Of a stretch of 53,233 nt of DNA, positions 20,385 to 27,803 are shown one piece after another. Position 1 is the first letter of the stretch. Each line of letters starts with the position of its first letter. The position numbers were made by a program, and so were the translations under genes. The stretch is from positions 1-53,233 of IMG/VR virus record IMGVR_UViG_3300030060_002588; one strand, 5' to 3'. This DNA is from a virus (Duplodnaviria; Caudoviricetes). The notes beneath the pieces were generated by a model. It was not told the DNA's origin. It did no database searches and saw only the letters and a program-made list of their open reading frames with translations.

Positions 20385-21925
20385 GATTTACTAGATGGTC
20401 TTCTTTTATAAAATCTTTTATCCTTTTTTTCTTCATGTATTCCTATAGGTGGGTTTGCATATTTACATGCATATGCTAATGCATCTATTGCATCATCGTG
20501 TCCCATCCTTGGTCCAAATGTAATAATTTCATGCTCTAAATCATACTGTTCTTTTTTTAAATGTATTTGACCTATTGCAAATCTTTGAGCAAGTATTTCT
20601 TGTATTCTGTCTCTTTTACTTTGCCTTGTACCAGGTTTCTCTTCTTTAAACCTAACAGAAAAATCGTTTCTTCTTCTTGTTTCTGCTCTTAGTGACTGAA
20701 AGACAGGTTTAGACATTGTTGTGTCTTCTACTACAAATAAACTGGGGTGATAAATAGAAGAATAATCAAACATATAATCTACTATGCCTTTATTCTTTTC
20801 TCCTGGGATACCTAACACAGGTATGCCTCTTTTTCTCAAATAGTCTAATACATATATATTATTATCAGAGTCCACCCCAACTACTAATAATACACTATAA
20901 TCAGCATCTCTTCTTTGACTATCTGTTGCTGGGTCAACTCCAGCAAATACATTTATAGGTTTAAGTTGTCCATCTATATTCAAAAAGCAAATATCTGCAT
21001 CCTTATCATATTTAAATTGGCCTTCCCAGTATTTGATGTGGTCTCTAGTAAACATAGAGTCATCTGCAGATTGCACTTCCATCATATACTCTTGGTAAAA
21101 TTTATATGGTTGTCCAGAATCAGCATAAAACTTTTTCTTTCTTTCCATTTCCTTTTTACCGAACCAACTGTTCCATAACATGGTACCATCAGGTTCTATA
21201 GCTTTTTTAAGAACTACATCCCAAGAAAAGTCTTCGCCCTGTTTAGAAGCTTTTTCATAATTAACAATAAGATTATTAATAAAGCTATCATAATGTACAG
21301 GAGTACCATTAATCCTAAGCCTACCACTCCCAGGCTCAAGAGCAGGGAATACCACAGCAGTAATAAGATTTGAGTTCTTGCTTCTAGCTTCTGGAGTAAT
21401 TGTGTTATTCTCGTCTTCAAAGTCATCTAGTATAACAAGGTCATATCTTTTATGTAGTTTTGCTCCTCCTCTAATACCAGAAATATTAGACTTAGATATT
21501 AGCTTACAGCCATTTTTAGTTTCAACATCTGTTTCAGTCCATTTTTGGCCCTTTAAACTACCAAAATAATACAAAATTCTTTCATTAAATTCCAAGTGGT
21601 ATTTTACGTAGTCCATATTACCAGTCGCCAATTTAGCTGTTGCAGATACCCATCCATAAAATAAAGGTTCCTTTGCAAAGCAAAAAGACTGAAGTATATC
21701 AGCCTTTGTTAATACAGTTTTACCATGACCTCTAGGCAGTATAATTGCTACCTGTCTTTTATCTGTATCTGTTATAGCATCTGCAATCTCATAATGAAAA
21801 GGAGGAGTTTCAGAACGCAAGTAATCGTCAGGTAAAAATAATTTACCAAATGCAATTAAATCTTTTTTAGCAAGTTCTAGAGCCTCCTCCTGTTTAGAAA
21901 CATTATGAAAATTGACGTTAGCCAT
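20369..21925 (-). CDS. terL: Terminase large subunit
   Basis: Walker A PRGHGKT, Walker B LVILDD, coupling motif GTP, QEYM, nuclease GVDPA and HDDAIDALAY. Confidence 0.95.
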   Translation of the reverse strand: MANVNFHNVSKQEEALELAKKDLIAFGKLFLPDDYLRSETPPFHYEIADAITDTDKRQVAIILPRGHGKTVLTKADILQSFCFAKEPLFYGWVSATAKLATGNMDYVKYHLEFNERILYYFGSLKGQKWTETDVETKNGCKLISKSNISGIRGGAKLHKRYDLVILDDFEDENNTITPEARSKNSNLITAVVFPALEPGSGRLRINGTPVHYDSFINNLIVNYEKASKQGEDFSWDVVLKKAIEPDGTMLWNSWFGKKEMERKKKFYADSGQPYKFYQEYMMEVQSADDSMFTRDHIKYWEGQFKYDKDADICFLNIDGQLKPINVFAGVDPATDSQRRDADYSVLLVVGVDSDNNIYVLDYLRKRGIPVLGIPGEKNKGIVDYMFDYSSIYHPSLFVVEDTTMSKPVFQSLRAETRRRNDFSVRFKEEKPGTRQSKRDRIQEILAQRFAIGQIHLKKEQYDLEHEIITFGPRMGHDDAIDALAYACKYANPPIGIHEEKKDKRFYKRRPSSKSWVIA

Positions 21926-22062
21926 TATCTCATTTTTTTCTTCATCTTTGGCATACCTTTTTTAGCCATGACTTTTTTAGTCATTTTTTTTCTACCAGCT
22001 GCTTTAGCTTTGGCTGAAGGTCTACCTCTTTTTTTACCGTATGTACCTTTTCCGTATGGCAT
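21925..22062 (-). CDS. 45-aa Lys-rich basic protein
   Basis: MPYGKGTYGKKRGRPSAKAKAAGRKKMTKKVMAKKGMPKMKKKMR; AGGAGG SD; TAATG-coupled to terL. Confidence 0.75.
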   Translation of the reverse strand: MPYGKGTYGKKRGRPSAKAKAAGRKKMTKKVMAKKGMPKMKKKMR

Positions 22063-22063
22063 T

Positions 22064-22117
22064 TTATTTATCCTCCTTTTTAGGTTCTAAGTCATCTAAT
22101 GTAATTATGTCATCCAT
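22064..22117 (-). CDS. 17-aa acidic micro-ORF
   Basis: MDDIITLDDLEPKKEDK; TAATG-coupled to the upstream gene and fills the gap. Confidence 0.35.
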   Translation of the reverse strand: MDDIITLDDLEPKKEDK

Positions 22118-22437
22118 TATTTCTTTTTTTTATTTCGAGCACTAATTGCTTTAGCTTTTTTTCTAGCGTCTGCTTTAGAAGATGCACCCCAGCCTCTTAA
22201 AGATAATAATAATCTAGTAGGTTTACCTTTACTATCTCTTTCAGGACCTTTCATATTTCCCATTCTTGCTAGAAAACTAGCTCTTCTAGGATTGTCACCT
22301 TTTTTAACAGGAGCTTTTAAATTACTACCTTGTTTTTTAGCAGAAGCTCTACCTTTAGCATTTAATCCACCTTTAGGATTTTTACCAGCTTTTCGCTGCC
22401 ATGCAGGTGACTTATATGTACGTTTCTTTTTAGGCAT
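22117..22437 (-). CDS. Basic protein, DUF6321-like
   Basis: SPAWQRKAGKNPKGGLNAKGRAS...RRASFLARM...LSLRGWG, recalled family pattern. Confidence 0.7.
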   Translation of the reverse strand: MPKKKRTYKSPAWQRKAGKNPKGGLNAKGRASAKKQGSNLKAPVKKGDNPRRASFLARMGNMKGPERDSKGKPTRLLLSLRGWGASSKADARKKAKAISARNKKKK

Positions 22438-22586
22438 TATTTTTTCTTCTTTCTTTTTTTAGCTTTTCCTTTTTTAGGAAATCCAGCTTTCATATTAGCA
22501 TATGCTTTTGCTGAAATAGTAGATTTACTTTTAGGTCTACTAGTACCAGCTTTTTTTCTTTTATTTATATTTTTATATAAAGACAT
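22437..22586 (-). CDS. 49-aa Lys-rich basic protein
   Basis: MSLYKNINKRKKAGTSRPKSKSTISAKAYANMKAGFPKKGKAKKRKKKK; AAGGAG SD; TAATG coupling. Confidence 0.75.
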   Translation of the reverse strand: MSLYKNINKRKKAGTSRPKSKSTISAKAYANMKAGFPKKGKAKKRKKKK

Positions 22587-22587
22587 A

Positions 22588-22806
22588 TTATCTCCTTACT
22601 ATTAATTCACCATCAAACATTTCAATAATTCTTTGTGCGTTTTCATCTCTCCAAAATTTACAACCCCTTTCAACAACCTCTTTAGGTATTTGTTTAGGGA
22701 GTTCCCACCACATGCACACTTCCGTTGCATTTTCTCCACCCTTCTTGTAGAGAGCACAATATCTGCAATTATTCAGATTTAATTTCTTTTGGTCTTTCTG
22801 CGGCAT
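22588..22806 (-). CDS. Small Cys-containing hypothetical protein
   Basis: CRYC...C...C pattern; start position uncertain. Confidence 0.55.
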   Translation of the reverse strand: MPQKDQKKLNLNNCRYCALYKKGGENATEVCMWWELPKQIPKEVVERGCKFWRDENAQRIIEMFDGELIVRR

Positions 22807-23494
22807 CTATCATATCATTTGTTAAACCTTGAAATGCAATGCCTGTTACTTGTTGAACTTTAGCAGAACCTTTATCTTCTAAATCTAATATATCAGACAG
22901 TTTAAATAATGCTTTAAGTTTAGTGTCATCTTTCTCAGCAGTCTGAGCTACTATCTTAATATTTTCAAGCACCATTCTTTCATCTATGTCTAATTCTTGT
23001 AATATAGGTTTTAACTCTTCTTTCACAGCAGTTTTTATCCTTTCTGTTTTAATTAAATTAACAGCTTTCATTCTAGCATAACGTTTATTATTTGTAGGAA
23101 ATGCTTTTACATATGCATCTTCAGGAGATAATCCTTGAGATATATAAGTAACAAACAATTCTTCATTAGCAGTCATGCTTTTTCTATTAACAACAATTTC
23201 TTCAGGCGTACGATTACCACCAAAAGAATATATATTAGTTCTTTTGTCTGTATCCATTATTGTTGATTTTAAATTTATAAAAGTACCTGTGCAAGTACCT
23301 ACATACCCACGTTCACCATTATGTCTAAGCATATTACCTTTTCTAAGTATTTGAATAATGCAATCATCATCTGCTATTACCCAATCTCCTATATTAGCTT
23401 TACGCCAGTCCTTTAATGGTTTTATGTTAGAAGGGACTTCTTCTATAGTGTCGTAAACAGCATGCTTCATTTTATTTACTTTATAATAACGCAC
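22769..23494 (-). CDS. terS: Putative terminase small subunit with an extra N-terminal domain
   Basis: NEELFVTYISQGLSPEDAYVKAF...AVNLIKTERIKTAV HTH plus KLKALFKL helix, upstream of terL; GTG start. Confidence 0.65.
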   Translation of the reverse strand: MRYYKVNKMKHAVYDTIEEVPSNIKPLKDWRKANIGDWVIADDDCIIQILRKGNMLRHNGERGYVGTCTGTFINLKSTIMDTDKRTNIYSFGGNRTPEEIVVNRKSMTANEELFVTYISQGLSPEDAYVKAFPTNNKRYARMKAVNLIKTERIKTAVKEELKPILQELDIDERMVLENIKIVAQTAEKDDTKLKALFKLSDILDLEDKGSAKVQQVTGIAFQGLTNDMIDAAERPKEIKSE

Positions 23495-23703
23495 TATGCT
23501 TCTCCAACAATATACAACTCATCAAGCATCTTTAATGTATCTAAGTCAAAGTAGTCATCTAAAAATTCAAAATTAGAATCTATAGGTCCTACTGGATTTA
23601 CAGTAGCTATGCCTTCAGCAATATGTTCTACTGTACCTTCTTCGACATTATAAATTATCTCAAGAGTGTAAATAAGATTTCCCTTTTTGTTTTTCTTTGA
23701 CAT
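23494..23703 (-). CDS. Hypothetical protein, first gene of the late arm, probably leaderless
   Basis: 69-aa ORF with no SD; ATG lies 5 nt downstream of a -10 box. Confidence 0.65.
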   Translation of the reverse strand: MSKKNKKGNLIYTLEIIYNVEEGTVEHIAEGIATVNPVGPIDSNFEFLDDYFDLDTLKMLDELYIVGEA

Positions 23704-23708
23704 GCATA

Positions 23709-23738
23709 AATATAAAACAATGTGAGCAAATTTCCCAA
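23709..23738 (-). promoter_or_regulatory. sigma70-like promoter TTGGGA-N18-TATATT
   Basis: -35 at 23738-23733, -10 at 23714-23709. Confidence 0.5.
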
Positions 23739-23748
23739 AAAAATTTGT

Positions 23749-23986
23749 GAACCACTACCAAATTAGACGTAGGTTCCCCCTGATATAAGCAAAAATTTAA
23801 TTTTAAATTTCATTAAAGCCAGTACTCCGAGGACCCATACTTTAACTTATATTAAAACAATTTGCGGAACTATTGGGGACAAACTCTTTATCCTATTTGG
23901 AGAGCAACCCAACTTCTGAACCTCACAGCAGAACCATTGCAGGGGTACTGGAAGGCTGATAAATCTAAGTAACTGATTTGTTCCTG
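23749..23986 (-). ncRNA. Candidate structured RNA (about 240 nt) or long structured leader of the packaging operon
   Basis: No long ORF; own promoter; helices CCAGTAC/GTACTGG, CCCTG/CAGGG, TTCTG/CAGAA, TTGGG/CCCAA enclosing CTCT/AGAG; 3' GAACC/GGTTC hairpin before a T-run. Confidence 0.5.
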
Positions 23987-23992
23987 AACTAT

Positions 23993-24021
23993 AAATTACT
24001 GTAGCTTAATTCTAAAAACAA
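23993..24021 (-). promoter_or_regulatory. sigma70-like promoter TTGTTT-N17-TAATTT
   Basis: -35 at 24021-24016, -10 at 23998-23993, pointing into the structured region. Confidence 0.45.
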
Positions 24022-24177
24022 ATAAAAAAGGTTAACTTTCAAAAATTGTAGGATTTTAGTGGAGACCCCAATTTATAGGGTAGGCCCCCTGACAATTCCT
24101 TTTCCTATTTATGGTTTTGGTTATTTTTCAATCGAAAATAGGTTTCAATCAATTAGTTATATGAAAGGATATACGTT

Positions 24178-24531
24178 ATGATTATCAAAATGTATTTACA
24201 GAAAATATATGTACAGTCTCAACAAAAAGAACTATGGCAATATTCAAGCAAAGAAAGAAAAGCAGTTGCCATCTTTGGACAAGCAATGCAAGGCGTGAGC
24301 ATTAGCAAATATACTCCAGGTGTTACACAGAGTGCTAGCCCTGATATATATTCTTGCTTTGTACCACAATATACTGATGAGATAGCACAAGAAGTCATAG
24401 ACGCAAATGGTAGCAATGTGTTCTACTATGCAACAGATGACGCAGGCAACGAGGCTATCATCACAGAAGAAGAAGGCTTAGCAAAGATGAAAGAATCAAT
24501 GCAAGCAAGTACTGCACAGCCTTCAGTATAG
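24178..24531 (+). CDS. Hypothetical protein, first gene of the plus (early) arm
   Basis: 117-aa ORF with AAGGA SD. Confidence 0.7.
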   Translation: MIIKMYLQKIYVQSQQKELWQYSSKERKAVAIFGQAMQGVSISKYTPGVTQSASPDIYSCFVPQYTDEIAQEVIDANGSNVFYYATDDAGNEAIITEEEGLAKMKESMQASTAQPSV

Positions 24532-24545
24532 TATCAAAAGAACTT

Positions 24546-24753
24546 GAGAGTATTGGGAATGATTTTGGAACGCAATGCGTAGATAGTGCACATGTCTATG
24601 TCCTTGATGAACCATTGTAGCCATTAGTACATACGCAAAGGAAAGCCTATGTAGTCATTCTATACCAAACAATACTCTCTTGAAAGACATTGGATAGCCT
24701 TTGGCTATGTTTGTTGATGTGTACGTAGTCATATCTCTTGATGTATGTACACA
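24546..24753 (+). ncRNA. Structured non-coding module(s)
   Basis: GAGAGTATTG/CAATACTCTC (24546-55/24670-79) enclosing GAATGAT/GTCATTC and TACATA/TATGTA; hairpins at 24694-24708 and 24718-24753. Confidence 0.5.
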
Positions 24754-24800
24754 ATAAAACAGAATTATATAAATAAACGTCACATAAACTAGGAGTCATT

Positions 24801-24935
24801 ATGAACTATCGTAACAACAAGGCATTACAAGCCTATAAATCGTACTTATTACACACTTTATTAGCCTTTGTATGTATAACTGTAACTCTAGGTCTTATCA
24901 GCCTATTCTTACGTATTATGAGGTGGATGTACTAA
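24801..24935 (+). CDS. 44-aa single-TM early protein
   Basis: AGGAG SD; MNYRNNKALQAYKSYLLHTLLAFVCITVTLGLISLFLRIMRWMY. Confidence 0.65.
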   Translation: MNYRNNKALQAYKSYLLHTLLAFVCITVTLGLISLFLRIMRWMY

Positions 24936-24961
24936 CAAGATATAAATAGGGAGGCGTTCCT

Positions 24962-25090
24962 ATGAACGAAAAAGAGATAGACACACAAGTAAAAGCGTTG
25001 CTTGACTTAACTGACAATAGTTATGCAGCAGCAATGTTTATTGTTTGTCTTGACATTCAAGTAAAAGAGTCTAACAATTATTGCGGATGA
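24962..25090 (+). CDS. 42-aa hypothetical early protein
   Basis: GGGAGG SD; MNEKEIDTQVKALLDLTDNSYAAAMFIVCLDIQVKESNNYCG. Confidence 0.6.
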   Translation: MNEKEIDTQVKALLDLTDNSYAAAMFIVCLDIQVKESNNYCG

Positions 25091-25104
25091 TGACTCTGTC
25101 CATT

Positions 25105-25136
25105 GGGGAGACTATCTAGGAGTGGGTAGTCTCCTC
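25105..25136 (+). promoter_or_regulatory. 13-bp intergenic hairpin
   Basis: GGGGAGACTATCT-AGGAGT-GGGTAGTCTCCTC; G-U pairs favour plus-strand RNA; no U-tract. Confidence 0.6.
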
Positions 25137-25156
25137 GCAATACAAAGGAGATAAAC

Positions 25157-25411
25157 ATGGCAAAAAGAAAACAATTATATTTAGTTCACTATAACAATAT
25201 AACAGGTGAAAGTGTACAAGAAGATAACCTTTGTCCTGAGTGTGATGGTGATGGTGTCTTTGTAGGTGATTACGAAGACGGTGGTAAAGATTTAGATATA
25301 AGTCCTTGTGAGTTCTGTAACATGACAGGTGTTTCTGTACCAAACAAAGACTATAAAGTAGAAGCTTGTGATACAGAAGATGGACCATTATATAGAGTAG
25401 TAAAGATATAG
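25157..25411 (+). CDS. Small protein with a DnaJ-type zinc finger
   Basis: CPECDGDG and CEFCNMTG; AAGGAG SD. Confidence 0.75.
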   Translation: MAKRKQLYLVHYNNITGESVQEDNLCPECDGDGVFVGDYEDGGKDLDISPCEFCNMTGVSVPNKDYKVEACDTEDGPLYRVVKI

Positions 25412-25418
25412 AGTTGTC

Positions 25419-26090
25419 TGGCATACACAGGTAGAGTTTAAAGGCATCTCGAGAGCCCTCTCAAAGTATGCCAATAATTTAAAGAATTGAGTGTGATTAG
25501 CGTCATACGAAATAGTTGCCAGGTGGACAAATTACTCACGTTAGTTAAACATTGACATTCCTAGGGTGTCATAGAGTACTTCTCAAGCAAATGCCACAAC
25601 TCCTGAAACAGGATGAACTTACTATATCAAACTTATTTATAAGCGAGAACACTGGTAAGCAGTCTCTAAGCGTAGATATACGCAATCCACGGTAGATTCC
25701 TTCTTAAGACTGACTGTGGACTAGAATTATATAATTACAAGTATGTAACTAGTTTAGTAGCAGTCCTGAGAAGTTACACTAAGTTTATTCCAGGAACTCA
25801 CAATCTAGATGAAACTGTCAGCTAGTGAGCACTACTATTAAACGAAAAAAAAGCTTGTATAAATTTACAGGTTATTGCTGTAATAAGCCATGGGTCCTGT
25901 AATAAACACGCCAACGGTGAGCAGTTGGAGATACGGTTAGCATTGGTTATAAAATATGTAGCTAAGGATAAACAGTATCAATCACTTAAATAGATGTCGG
26001 AGTCTATTTATAATTATAGAGAGTCAATAACTGGTCCTGTAAGTCCTGAAACATTGGAATGAAGGCAAAGGAATATGTGAGGCTCTCTAT
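25419..26090 (+). ncRNA. Array of structured non-coding RNA modules (about 670 nt)
   Basis: No credible ORF; successive stem-closed units separated by ATAA(A)TT-like spacers; several pseudoknot-compatible pairings; G-U pairs favour the plus strand. Confidence 0.55.
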
Positions 26091-26107
26091 AAATTAAGGA
26101 GAACAAT

Positions 26108-26212
26108 ATGGAATGGACATGTATTGAATGTGAATTTCCTTATAGAGATAATGTACAAGGAGACGCTGAAGAACGTATGTGTTATAAATGTTTAAACAAG
26201 GAGAAATTATGA
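26108..26212 (+). CDS. 34-aa zinc-ribbon micro-protein
   Basis: AAGGAG SD; MEWTCIECEF...RMCYKCLNKEKL; ATGA overlap with the next gene. Confidence 0.7.
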   Translation: MEWTCIECEFPYRDNVQGDAEERMCYKCLNKEKL

Positions 26213-26496
26213 GCAATAAAAAAAGAGACTTTATACCAATTGATAAAGACCCTATTCAAATGGTTACTCAAAAATATCGCAGAAATTTGCTTTCTTATAA
26301 TATGATATTTCATTCAGATAAGTGGGAAGAAGTTCCAACAGAAGATTTATGGGAAGATGGTGAAATATCTAATACTACTTGTATGGTTAAAATTTATGAT
26401 AATGTAGTAGTAGAAGGTAAATGGAAATTAATAAGACAAGTGGAAAAAGATATAGATTATTCTACTAACAGTTCTATAAAAAAGGAGAAAAAATGA
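26209..26496 (+). CDS. Hypothetical early protein
   Basis: Start reassigned to MSNKK at 26209 because of the AAGGAG SD. Confidence 0.7.
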   Translation: MSNKKRDFIPIDKDPIQMVTQKYRRNLLSYNMIFHSDKWEEVPTEDLWEDGEISNTTCMVKIYDNVVVEGKWKLIRQVEKDIDYSTNSSIKKEKK

Positions 26497-26684
26497 TAAA
26501 TGATATGGAAAATATAGAAGATGTAGTGTTGTTATTTGACCAAGTATTTGGCAAAGATGACATAGTTGGTGAAAAAGATTTCTTTGAATTTATGAAAAGA
26601 GCTAATAGAGATTTAACAGCTAAACAAAGATATATAATATTAAGAATAACTATAAACGCATTGAGAGGAGCTAATGATGAGTGA
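26493..26684 (+). CDS. Hypothetical early protein
   Basis: 63-aa ORF, AAGGAG SD, ATGA overlap. Confidence 0.7.
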   Translation: MINDMENIEDVVLLFDQVFGKDDIVGEKDFFEFMKRANRDLTAKQRYIILRITINALRGANDE

Positions 26685-26922
26685 TGTAAAATATTGGGAC
26701 AACATGGCTAAAACAGTATTAGAAGGTAAAAAAATTATTAAAGCAGAGTATATATCAGAAGAAGAAGCTTTACGTTATGGCTGGGACTACAGAGGTGTAT
26801 CGCTTATATTAGATGATAATACTCGTATAATAGTAATGCGAGATGATGAAGGTAATAACGCTGGTGTTCTTGCTTATTTAAATGAAGGCGTAGATTCAGT
26901 ATTACCTGTGTTAAGAGACTAA
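26674..26922 (+). CDS. Hypothetical phage protein
   Basis: 82-aa ORF, GAGGAG SD, RDDEGNNAG motif. Confidence 0.7.
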   Translation: MMSDVKYWDNMAKTVLEGKKIIKAEYISEEEALRYGWDYRGVSLILDDNTRIIVMRDDEGNNAGVLAYLNEGVDSVLPVLRD

Positions 26923-26947
26923 TAATAATAAAGTAAAGGAGAGAGTT

Positions 26948-27136
26948 ATGGTAAGTGAAAGGGAATTACCAGTTAGTAAAGAAAAATGGATAGAGTTTAA
27001 AGAAATGCAAATGAGTGGTATGTTTAATATGTTTGACCCACAGGCAAGAGAAGGTACATCTTTAACTCTAACAGAATGGTTGTATGTAATGGAAAATTAT
27101 GATGAACTATCATTAATATATGAAGGGAGAAGATAA
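26948..27136 (+). CDS. Small phage protein, DUF5049-like
   Basis: SGMFNMFD...YVMENYDEL pattern (recalled); AAGGAG SD. Confidence 0.5.
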   Translation: MVSERELPVSKEKWIEFKEMQMSGMFNMFDPQAREGTSLTLTEWLYVMENYDELSLIYEGRR

Positions 27137-27639
27137 TGGGAATGGATGTGTATGGATTAAATCCAAAAGAAAATACAAAAATGGCAGATTATCCTACTTT
27201 AAATAAATACAATAAAATGGACTACGAAGAAAAGTGGAAAATTCTTGATAAAGCTAAAGGAGAGAGAGATAAATACTGGTCAGAAAAAGATAAATATAAT
27301 AAAGATAATCCAGGTGTTTATTTTCGTAACAATTGTTGGTGGTGGAGACCATTATGGAATTATTGTTATGCAATAGCAGGTGATATAATCTCTGAAGAAG
27401 TATGGGATAATGGTCATTGTAATGATGGAGCAGGTCTTGAAGCAGAAGATGCAAAAATACTAGGAGAAAGAATACTAGAGACTATAGAAAATGGAGAGTG
27501 TCTTAAATTTCAAGCAGATTATATGCAGCGTTGTGAAGACTCTGATGATGATTTTGCTAAGTCATATCCATTTGATATAGATAATGCAAAAGATTTTGCA
27601 CATTTCTGTATAAATAGTGGAGGTTTTCAAATATGTTAA
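27136..27639 (+). CDS. Hypothetical phage protein
   Basis: 167 aa; MGMDVYG...YFRNNCWWWRPLW...SGGFQIC; TAATG coupling. Confidence 0.75.
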   Translation: MGMDVYGLNPKENTKMADYPTLNKYNKMDYEEKWKILDKAKGERDKYWSEKDKYNKDNPGVYFRNNCWWWRPLWNYCYAIAGDIISEEVWDNGHCNDGAGLEAEDAKILGERILETIENGECLKFQADYMQRCEDSDDDFAKSYPFDIDNAKDFAHFCINSGGFQIC

Positions 27640-27803
27640 ATAAAAAGCAAAAAAAAGACCTTGCTCAATATACTTTACATGGCAAATATAATCCTAATAC
27701 TCAAAAACCTTATATTGAGATAAGGAAAAACGGAGAGCATTACGCTTATGCTCCTTGGAATCTATTTAAAAATCAAATGAAAATAGGAGATTTATATGGC
27801 TAA
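27633..27803 (+). CDS. 56-aa hypothetical protein
   Basis: GGAGG SD; fills the gap between neighbouring genes. Confidence 0.5.
   Translation: MLNKKQKKDLAQYTLHGKYNPNTQKPYIEIRKNGEHYAYAPWNLFKNQMKIGDLYG

Noticed and set aside
23749-23760. tRNA 3' end (CCACTACCA)
   Set aside because: No cloverleaf or TTCRA T-loop upstream; I recognised no tRNA gene anywhere in the window.
24600-24660. Hammerhead ribozyme (TTGATGA...GAAA)
   Set aside because: The core is not CUGANGA and the stems do not flank the motifs as required.
25116-25424. Minus-strand 102-aa His-rich ORF
   Set aside because: It is antisense to the zinc-finger gene, which has a strong SD; the His run mirrors its GAT/GGT codons.
25487-25720. 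tmRNA (pseudoknots plus a GCA AAT reading frame at 25587)
   Set aside because: There is no tRNA-like acceptor or T-arm, and the frame (ANATTPETG) lacks a hydrophobic Ala-ending tag.
25419-26090. CRISPR or mini-CRISPR array
   Set aside because: There are no identical, regularly spaced repeats and no cas genes; only a 5-10 nt word recurs.
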